Positions 10,057 through 16,942 of a stretch of 64,000 nt of DNA are shown here, one piece after another. Under the pieces are notes generated by a model. It saw nothing but the letters and a program-made list of their open reading frames with translations, searched no databases and was not told the DNA's origin. Numbering within the stretch: position 1 is the stretch's first letter; each line of letters begins with the position of its first letter. Source of the stretch: Bacteroidota bacterium (GTDB taxonomy: Bacteria > Bacteroidota > Bacteroidia > Chitinophagales > LD1). The DNA is taken from positions 4,533-68,532 of the forward strand of contig JAPLES010000005.1 in NCBI GenBank assembly GCA_026391075.1, written 5' to 3'. The translations under genes and the position numbers were made by a program.

Positions 10057-10845
10057 ATGCAAGATACATACGAAATAAAAATGCCGCAGTTTGAAGGTCC
10101 TTTTGACCTTTTACTGTTTTTTATTGAGCGCGATGAGTTGGATATTTACGATGTCCAAATTTTTAAACTCACCAACGACTTTTTGACTTACCTGCATCAA
10201 ATGGAAACGCTCAACATTGAAGTGGCGAGCGAATTTATTTTGGTAGCCGCTACGCTCATGCGCATAAAAGCAAAAATGCTTTTGCCACGTAAAGAAGTTG
10301 ACCCCGAAACAGGAAAAGAAATTGACCCACGCGAAGAACTGGTGAGCCGACTGATTGAATACAAAAAATTCAAAGAAGCTACGGAAGCCATGCGCAAAAT
10401 GGAAGAGGACCGGCAGAATATTACCAAGCGCGGAAATGCTTTGGCAGAAAATAAAGAGATAGCGGAGTTGTTCGAAACCGAATTTGAAATGCAGAGCCTG
10501 ACGATGTTCCGTTTGCTCAAGTCGTTTCAAAATGTACTCGACCGTTTAGCCAGAGAGAAATCGAAAAAGGTAGTGCATACGGTGGAAACGCCAGCTTATA
10601 CCATCAGCGGAGAAAAGATGGTGCTTATCGAAAAACTTTCTGCCGGAAATAAAACTGCTTTTGAATCAGTTTTTGAAGGAGTGGAAAATCGTGTTCACGC
10701 CATTTTCGTTTTTCTTTCGGTGTTGGAATTGATTCAAGAACAACAAGTCACTATTACGATTGGTGATGGGTACAACAATTTCTGGATAGAAAAACGCAAC
10801 CCGAATGAAGAGCAAGAAGTGGTGTTGGAAGGACAAGAGAATTAA
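10057..10845 (+). CDS. scpA: Segregation and condensation protein A
   Basis: The N-terminus FEGPFDLLLFFIERDELDIYDVQIFKLTNDFLTYL and the 262-aa length are typical of ScpA. Confidence 0.85.
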   Translation: MQDTYEIKMPQFEGPFDLLLFFIERDELDIYDVQIFKLTNDFLTYLHQMETLNIEVASEFILVAATLMRIKAKMLLPRKEVDPETGKEIDPREELVSRLIEYKKFKEATEAMRKMEEDRQNITKRGNALAENKEIAELFETEFEMQSLTMFRLLKSFQNVLDRLAREKSKKVVHTVETPAYTISGEKMVLIEKLSAGNKTAFESVFEGVENRVHAIFVFLSVLELIQEQQVTITIGDGYNNFWIEKRNPNEEQEVVLEGQEN

Positions 10846-10860
10846 AACCCTTTTCAAGGT

Positions 10861-12204
10861 TTAATAGGAAATAACCTTGGCGTTCTTCAACTTGCGCATT
10901 TGCGTGCGAATAATTTTCTGCACTTCCATATCGTCTTCATCGAGCTTAATTACTTCGCGCAAATTTTCGGGCGTAGCTTCAGTTAATTCAGGATTAAAAT
11001 ATCCATAACCTTTATAACTATTGTTCTCAATCCAAATCACCGAATTTTCATCGGGATGAATTCCGGTGCCTACAATAAAGAAGTTCGACTGCTTGTATAA
11101 ATATCTGCGCGCTGCGCGCTCCATATTTATATTGAAACTCTTCATTCCTTTTTCATCCATCACTCCCTTTTCTTTCATACGCGAACGAAGTGCAAACCAC
11201 TGGTGAAGATTGTTTTCTTCAATCAGTTTGGCAAGCAATTTATTGGCTGCTGCTTTTGACGAAAACCGCAACAGCAGTTCTCCGCTTTGCCAATCGAGTG
11301 GATGAATTTTCAACTGCACAAAACCAAGTTCGTCTTTATCAATAAATAACCCGTGAGTGAAAAGATGAGCGCGCGGTTTTTTGTTGAACTCGGGTAAATG
11401 CTTTTTCAATTCGCGATGCGCCAAAAGTTTAGCAGTGAGTTCTGTGCCTGATAGTTCGTAGTCAATATTTCGCATCAACTCATACATTCTAACCTTCTCA
11501 GGCGAATCGGCAGGCTTTGTAAAATCAGTAATTACTTTCTTGCGAATGTTCTTCGAGCCATCGAGGTAAAGAATTTTTCCGGTTTCATCTTTATAGTAAA
11601 ACACTCCGGCATCTTCGGGCAGCTTTTCAATTTCTGCTTTCGATAAGTAAGGCGGCAGCAAGTCAACATCAATACCGTGGTTCAGTTCTATCTCAATATA
11701 TTTTTGCGAACTCTGGTTGGCTAAAATATGTTGTAGCAATTTCACAGTCGCCTCCGCATCTCCTGTAGCGCGGTGACGGTCTTTTATTTCAATTCCCAAG
11801 CTATCGCAAATGTTTCCTAAGCTATAAGAAGTAAAACCAGGAATTACTTTGCGCGCAAGGTTCACCGTGTCTAATTGTCTGCGATTGAAATCAATTCCCA
11901 ACCGCTTAAACTCCTGACGAATCATGCCGAAATCGAACTTCACATTGTGCGCTACGAAAATGTTTTCATGCATCAATTCTAAAATCCGCTCATGTACTTT
12001 TTCAAAAGTTGGCGAGTGCTTTACCATTTCGTTGGTAATGCCCGTGAGCTTGGTTACGTAAGGGTCAATCGGTCGCTTGGGATTGAGCAGCGAAGAATAA
12101 GAGTCAATGATTCTTTCGCCATCAAACACAAAAATTGCCACCTCAATCACTCGGTCTTGCGAGGGGCTTCCGCCTGTGGTTTCTACATCAATGATGGCAT
12201 ACAT
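10861..12204 (-). CDS. DnaQ-like DEDDh 3'-5' exonuclease fused to a GIY-YIG-like (Cho/UvrC N-terminal-like) region
   Basis: Exonuclease motifs IIDVETTG, AHNVKFDFGM and HRATGDAEAT. The middle segment GVFYYKDETGKILYLDGSKNIRKKV..TELTAKLLAHRELKKHLPEFNKK resembles GIY-YIG but with diverged catalytic positions. Confidence 0.75.
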   Translation of the reverse strand: MYAIIDVETTGGSPSQDRVIEVAIFVFDGERIIDSYSSLLNPKRPIDPYVTKLTGITNEMVKHSPTFEKVHERILELMHENIFVAHNVKFDFGMIRQEFKRLGIDFNRRQLDTVNLARKVIPGFTSYSLGNICDSLGIEIKDRHRATGDAEATVKLLQHILANQSSQKYIEIELNHGIDVDLLPPYLSKAEIEKLPEDAGVFYYKDETGKILYLDGSKNIRKKVITDFTKPADSPEKVRMYELMRNIDYELSGTELTAKLLAHRELKKHLPEFNKKPRAHLFTHGLFIDKDELGFVQLKIHPLDWQSGELLLRFSSKAAANKLLAKLIEENNLHQWFALRSRMKEKGVMDEKGMKSFNINMERAARRYLYKQSNFFIVGTGIHPDENSVIWIENNSYKGYGYFNPELTEATPENLREVIKLDEDDMEVQKIIRTQMRKLKNAKVISY

Positions 12205-12299
12205 TAGGCGTGAAAATAATTATTTGACAAAATGCCTCTGATTCAATTTCCCAACAATTAAAAAGCGTAGGCGCTGGGTGTGTCCTTTAAAATTTACGC

Positions 12300-12959
12300 G
12301 TGCCGCACAAAAACATTTTTTATAATCGTGGTGTGAACAAGCCGCTTAAATATTTTCTTCCGCTCCTTCTCCTTTGTTCCTCTCATTTCGTAAAGGCGCA
12401 GATATTCGTTGAAGACACTTCACACCACCCTCTGTTTTTCGCGGCAAAAAAATTTGACAGCAAGTGCTATGTGGGTTTTGAAGGAATGGCTACGCAAATT
12501 CTGAAAACAAAAGCTGCCATGAATCTTGGTTTAAGTTTAAACTGGGTGGTCAATCATAAATTTGTAGTAAGCGCAAAATATCATGTGCTCACTACGCCTG
12601 TAAATATTCAACCGCGTGTTGCTCCCGATAATTCAGGCGATACCACCATTCGACCGATTATGCATTATGCAGGGCTTGGTTTCAGCTACATTTTATTCAG
12701 CAACAAAAAATTTTCTTTCCAACCTGAACTCTCAGCGGGGTGGGGGGCGGTGAAATATTCCTACAAAAACCAAAACTACCGCAAAGATTTTGCGGTTATC
12801 ATACCTGCTGTTTACGCAGTATATAATGCCACCAAACATTTTCGTTTTGGCTTGGGGCTTAACTACCGCCTTGCAATTGGCGGCTCACTCAACGGCTTAA
12901 AAGATGCCGACCTAAGCGGAGTGGGTGGTGTGATGTTTATAAGAGTGGGAACTTTCTAG
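12300..12959 (+). CDS. Putative small outer-membrane beta-barrel protein (function unknown)
   Basis: GTG start. Signal peptide ..LLLCSSHFVKAQ, alternating hydrophobic beta-strand pattern, and a C-terminal aromatic end ..MFIRVGTF. A strong terminator follows. Confidence 0.55.
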   Translation: MPHKNIFYNRGVNKPLKYFLPLLLLCSSHFVKAQIFVEDTSHHPLFFAAKKFDSKCYVGFEGMATQILKTKAAMNLGLSLNWVVNHKFVVSAKYHVLTTPVNIQPRVAPDNSGDTTIRPIMHYAGLGFSYILFSNKKFSFQPELSAGWGAVKYSYKNQNYRKDFAVIIPAVYAVYNATKHFRFGLGLNYRLAIGGSLNGLKDADLSGVGGVMFIRVGTF

Positions 12960-12964
12960 AAAAC

Positions 12965-12996
12965 AAAAATGCCCCCGAGTACTCGGGGGCATTTTT
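12965..12996. terminator. Bidirectional rho-independent terminator between convergent genes
   Basis: Perfect 32-nt palindrome AAAAATGCCCCCGAGT/ACTCGGGGGCATTTTT, a GC-rich stem flanked by an A-run and a T-run. Confidence 0.75.
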
Positions 12997-13014
12997 AGCA
13001 GAAGCAAATTTCGA

Positions 13015-13356
13015 TTACGATTTCTCGCTTACCGCGTCTTTCTTCATTGAGTTAATTCCTTTAATCATCATAAAGATGCTGAAGGCAACAATAATAAAAT
13101 TAAACACCGACTGAATAAAGGCACCATAACCAATGGCTACCAGCGCGGTTTTCGTGGCTTCGTCTGCCTGTTGCAGCACCACTTTCAAATCACTGAAATT
13201 AACGCCACCAATGGCTAAACCAATAGGCGGCATAATCACATCGTTTACTAACGAGTTTACAATTTTGCCAAACTCAGCTCCGATAATTATACCGACAGCC
13301 ATGTCCACTACATTTCCTTTCATAGCGAACTCTTTAAATTCTGATACCATTCCCAT
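13015..13356 (-). CDS. mscL: Large-conductance mechanosensitive channel MscL
   Basis: [46 protein letters not shown] matches the MscL TM1 and periplasmic-loop signature. Start set to the internal ATG at 13356 (or 13350); the ORF upstream to 13413 is unsupported. Confidence 0.9.
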   Translation of the reverse strand: MGMVSEFKEFAMKGNVVDMAVGIIIGAEFGKIVNSLVNDVIMPPIGLAIGGVNFSDLKVVLQQADEATKTALVAIGYGAFIQSVFNFIIVAFSIFMMIKGINSMKKDAVSEKS

Positions 13357-13461
13357 AGTTGTAAATTTTAAGGGTGAATTAATATGAATTGAAAATAATT
13401 TTTGAAACCCCAAACAGGAATTATTCGGACGGAAATTTTTACGCCAACCCGTTAGGCTTAA

Positions 13462-14259
13462 TCAGATTTTTTCAAAAAGATTTTTTTCGACCCATCCCAC
13501 TTTGCCATCGGCTAAACGGATTTTATTCCAGTTGCCTACATGGTCAAGAATTTGGAATTTAATTCCCTCATGAATAGTGAAGAGGTCGGTGCCGTTGGCA
13601 TCTGGGGCGCTTTTTACGTTTACGTTTTCTGTAAGCAAAATAGCTTCGCATGAATTTTCTTCGGCATTACTTTGTTTAATGGCAAGCGAAACAGAGGTAA
13701 TAGAAAGGAGCAGAAACAAGATGCCAAGAAATAAAACGAATCCTTTTCTGGCAACGAAAATATAAACAGCAAACACTATCAACGCCACCCATACAAACCC
13801 AAGCGCAAAAACTCCCCAACCCTTTGATGATTGTGATGTGGTGAAATTGTTCCAGTTAGAAACAATAGCCATTTGCGGAACGGGAATTAGTTTGTCAACT
13901 ACTTTCAGTTGTGCAATTTTTAAATTGTGTGTAATGTCTTCATCTTCCGGAGCGAGTTTATGTGCGCGCTCAAAGTTCAGAATGGTTTTGCCGGTATTGT
14001 TCAACTTGAAATAACAATTGCCTAGGTTGTAATAAACTTCGGCTGTGCGATAACCCTGCGAAATAATTTTTCCGTAAGAAGCCTGCGCTTGTTCAAATTG
14101 ATTGGCTTTGTATTGTGCCGAAGCAGTTCTGTAAAGTTCGTTTGCGCTTTGTGCGGAGACATTAGACGTTAGACACAAGACTATAGACAATACAAAAAGC
14201 AGAGATGCCTTTCTGTAGAGTGATAACTGTTGTTTGTCAACTTTTATTTCCTGTCTCAT
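13462..14259 (-). CDS. batE: BatE-like protein (signal peptide, TPR repeats, TM segment, C-terminal SH3-like domain)
   Basis: TPR-like segments YRTASAQYKANQFEQAQ..YYNLGNCYFKLNN, hydrophobic segments, and the C-terminus GNWNKIRLADGKVGWVEKNLF (bacterial SH3-like). It lies directly downstream of the batD-like gene. Confidence 0.7.
   Translation of the reverse strand: MRQEIKVDKQQLSLYRKASLLFVLSIVLCLTSNVSAQSANELYRTASAQYKANQFEQAQASYGKIISQGYRTAEVYYNLGNCYFKLNNTGKTILNFERAHKLAPEDEDITHNLKIAQLKVVDKLIPVPQMAIVSNWNNFTTSQSSKGWGVFALGFVWVALIVFAVYIFVARKGFVLFLGILFLLLSITSVSLAIKQSNAEENSCEAILLTENVNVKSAPDANGTDLFTIHEGIKFQILDHVGNWNKIRLADGKVGWVEKNLFEKI
14156..14190. repeat. Heptad array, AGAC flavour (5 units), inside the batE signal-peptide codons
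   Basis: The + strand reads GAGACAT TAGACGT TAGACAC AAGACTA TAGACAA. Positions 14163-14188 are the inverted partner of 14260-14285. Confidence 0.85.
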
Positions 14260-14291
14260 GTCTATTATCTTGTGTCTATCGTCTAAACTCT
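14250..14291. repeat. Heptad array, GTCT flavour (6 units), filling the batD-batE spacer and the first batE codons
   Basis: The + strand reads CCTGTCT CATGTCT ATTATCT TGTGTCT ATCGTCT AAACTCT. It runs from the batD stop (14290-14292) across the batE ATG (14257-14259). Confidence 0.85.
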
Positions 14292-16161
14292 ATTTCACTT
14301 CATCTTCCAAATCTGCCATCAAATTCATAGCGGCATCATAGTTTTGTTTCATCTCTCCACCTTCCCCTACCGGTGAATACAAAGCGAGTTCGCAGGTGCT
14401 CAACAATACTTTCAGTTTCGAAATGGTTTCAGCCTTTGCGTTTCTAGCAAGCAACTTTTCTTCTACATTATCTTTCGAAAGTTCAGCCATGTCAATATTC
14501 AACTTGTCGCCTAAGTAACCCCAGATAGCGCGCGAAACTTCATCGTAGAAATTTTTCTTGTCACTCTTTGCCAAATGTTTTGCAGCAATGCTCAATCTCT
14601 TCTTTGCCAACTTGAGTGCTCTTCTTCTCTTAGTTCCTATTACATCAGCAGCAAGGTCTTCGTTTCTTCTTCTCGCCACCACCAAACCTATGAACAATAA
14701 AAACGGAGCCGAATACATCGCCACAAATCCGGCCGAGCCAAAAAATGAATTCCCTTTTTTGAATTCAGGTGTTGTTGTTTTAATGTAGCGAATATCCTGA
14801 CCAACCAATGAAACTTCTTCCTTGCTTACACCTGTCGCTCCGTTATTTGCATTTACATTTTTAGATGGTTCGCCAGTCACCTTCACTGTAAACTCAGGAG
14901 AGTTTATGCTAAAATATTTTGCGCTTGCTGGTTCGAACCATGAAAATGTTTTCGATTCAATTTTAAAATCACCGGGCTGGCGCGGAATGATAAGGTAGTC
15001 ATACTGTTTCGTTCCACTCATGCCACCGGCACTATTGCTGATGTTTTCTTTTGTTTTAGGGTCATACACTTCAAACTCCACAGGAAATTTAAGTGCAGGA
15101 GCATCTACAAATTTCAAATTTCCTGTGCCCGAAATTTTCAATGTGTATGTAATAGGCTCATCGGTTTTTGTTTCTTTGTTTGAAAGCGAAGATTCAAACT
15201 TGTAACTACCTACGGCTCCCGAAAAATCTGCGGGCTTGCCGTTTTCAGGAAGTTCTTTCACGTTCACTACTGCCGAAGAAGTTTTTAAAGTCATGGGCAC
15301 TTGCTGTATTTGCCCGAAAAAACTGCCAAAGAAATTTCTTTGATTGGAACGTACCTGCACTTGCACCACTGTTGAAAGTTCACATGAAGCCACCGGCAAA
15401 GCACCGGCACGTTGCGGATACAAATTGTATTTCAGAATTTCAATCGTGTTGTATTGCTTGCCGTTTATAGTTTCTATGGTTGGTCTGCGCTTAGGGTCAA
15501 GCTCCACTTCCTGACTCCAGTAGCCATCAAAAGCAGGGGCTTTTGTTACGTTGAAACCCGAAAGATTTTGGCGGAAATAAAGTTTGTATGCCGCGGTAAG
15601 CATTTCGCCTTTGTAAACCGAATTTTTATCTACCACTAATTTCATGAATACCTCATCCTTCAATTGTTTTTCTACATCGGCATTGTTGGTTTGCGGCTCT
15701 TCTTCTTCCTCTTGTCCTTGATTAAAGAAAGGATCATCAAACGGGTCAAAAGGATTTTGTTGTCTTCGTTGTTGTTGCTGTTGTTGTGCCACAGCTGCAG
15801 TTACTTCAATAGAAATTTCGTTGCTTTCCATAGTAACTCCACTCACTACAATACTCGCTTTGCCTATTTTAAACGCGCCTTGATTTTTTGGACGAAGAAT
15901 ATAATTGTAAGTAACACTTTGCGTTACGTTGCCATTTACCCATTGCCTACTAGTGGAAGTATTTGGCCCACCCAACACTTGGAAATCTGAAACAGCAGGC
16001 GGTTTCAAATTTGTTCCATTTCCGTTTTCAATAGTTAAGCTAAGTTGAAAATTAGAATTTAGCGGAACTGATTTAGGAGCAGAGGCATAAAATTTTGCTT
16101 GCGCAGAAGACGATAGACAATAGACGATAGACAATAGAAACACCAATGCAAAAATTCGCAT
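14290..16161 (-). CDS. batD: BatD-like oxygen-tolerance protein
   Basis: Signal peptide [22 protein letters not shown]. The N-terminal repeated Ig-like modules read F.A....V..N..F.L...I....-..P..SDFQVLGGP..S.S. A Gln/Glu-rich linker, a C-terminal TM segment and a basic patch (ARRRNEDL) follow. Start set to ATG 16161; the long ORF reaches 16242. Confidence 0.75.
   Translation of the reverse strand: MRIFALVFLLSIVYCLSSSAQAKFYASAPKSVPLNSNFQLSLTIENGNGTNLKPPAVSDFQVLGGPNTSTSRQWVNGNVTQSVTYNYILRPKNQGAFKIGKASIVVSGVTMESNEISIEVTAAVAQQQQQQRRQQNPFDPFDDPFFNQGQEEEEEPQTNNADVEKQLKDEVFMKLVVDKNSVYKGEMLTAAYKLYFRQNLSGFNVTKAPAFDGYWSQEVELDPKRRPTIETINGKQYNTIEILKYNLYPQRAGALPVASCELSTVVQVQVRSNQRNFFGSFFGQIQQVPMTLKTSSAVVNVKELPENGKPADFSGAVGSYKFESSLSNKETKTDEPITYTLKISGTGNLKFVDAPALKFPVEFEVYDPKTKENISNSAGGMSGTKQYDYLIIPRQPGDFKIESKTFSWFEPASAKYFSINSPEFTVKVTGEPSKNVNANNGATGVSKEEVSLVGQDIRYIKTTTPEFKKGNSFFGSAGFVAMYSAPFLLFIGLVVARRRNEDLAADVIGTKRRRALKLAKKRLSIAAKHLAKSDKKNFYDEVSRAIWGYLGDKLNIDMAELSKDNVEEKLLARNAKAETISKLKVLLSTCELALYSPVGEGGEMKQNYDAAMNLMADLEDEVK
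16108..16142. repeat. Heptad array, AGAC flavour, containing an exact 14-nt tandem duplication
   Basis: The + strand reads AGACGAT AGACAAT AGACGAT AGACAAT AGAAACA. GACGATAGACAATA occurs twice in tandem (16109-16122 and 16123-16136). This stretch encodes LSIVYCLSS of the BatD signal peptide. Confidence 0.9.
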
Positions 16162-16344
16162 ACCTGAAAATTCAAAAATGGATTTGCGCCACTTCGAATT
16201 TTGGACTTCGCACTTCAAACTTGTAACTATTCTCTTTCTCATTGGGCTCGCGAATATAATATGAACTTACGCCCGATAGCTACGATGGGTTAGCCCGTTA
16301 AATTTTTTTAGCAAAGAAGCATTGAGATTGAGCGAAGCTTGTCT

Positions 16345-16830
16345 TTATAGTTCTTCAAAAATTCCGGTTCCTTTGTTTTTTCGCACGTTGTTCCAGGTGA
16401 AATATTTTCCGTTCATGGCTACATAAACTCCAGCCGGTAATGTTTGAACAAATGCCAGGGCGCTTCCCAAATTAAATAAGCCGTCAGAACTTCCAAACTT
16501 GTAAGGAATCATAGCACCGGTAAGCACAATTGTTTTATTCAAATTAGCTAAGCCTAAAACTTTGGCGGTTTGTTCCATGGTATCTGTTCCGTGTGTAATT
16601 ACAATTTTTTCTTCCTCGCATTGTTGGCAATGGCTAACCATCAATTCGCGGTCGGCATCTTTCATTTCTAAACTGTCAATCATCATCAGCGTTCTTATCT
16701 GCACTTTCAGATTGCTTCGCCCTAATTGGAGAATTTCGGGCAAGTGAGTGTCTTTGAAAAACAGTTTTCCATTCAGCTCATCATACTCTTTATCGAAAGT
16801 TCCACCGGTAATTAAAATTTTTATTGCCAT
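16345..16830 (-). CDS. Short asparaginase-domain protein
   Basis: ILITGGTFDK (asparaginase N-terminal Thr motif region) and ITHGTDTMEQTA (second Thr motif). Start set to ATG 16830 (MAIKILITGG). Confidence 0.65.
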   Translation of the reverse strand: MAIKILITGGTFDKEYDELNGKLFFKDTHLPEILQLGRSNLKVQIRTLMMIDSLEMKDADRELMVSHCQQCEEEKIVITHGTDTMEQTAKVLGLANLNKTIVLTGAMIPYKFGSSDGLFNLGSALAFVQTLPAGVYVAMNGKYFTWNNVRKNKGTGIFEEL

Positions 16831-16873
16831 GGCGCGAAGAAAGAAAAAATGAAGTGGTTTCATCAAACTCGAT

Positions 16874-16902
16874 TTTGTCATCTCAATATTTTCCTATATT
16901 CG
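16874..16902 (+). promoter_or_regulatory. Possible Bacteroidota sigma-A promoter for the TonB-dependent receptor gene
   Basis: TTTG at 16874-16877, a 17-nt spacer, then TATATTCG at 16895-16902, which is a one-base deviation from TAnnTTTG. It lies about 40 nt upstream of ATG 16943. Confidence 0.25.
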
Positions 16903-16942
16903 ACACCACAAATCCCTCTAAACAGAAACCCCTAACAAAACC

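Noticed and set aside
15701-15795. CAA/CAG- and GAA-rich low-complexity stretch in batD (AQQQQQRRQQNPFDPFDDPFFNQGQEEEEEPQ)
   Set aside because: It reads as an in-frame disordered linker between BatD domains, and the codon usage is mixed rather than a pure trinucleotide repeat. No independent signal is present.
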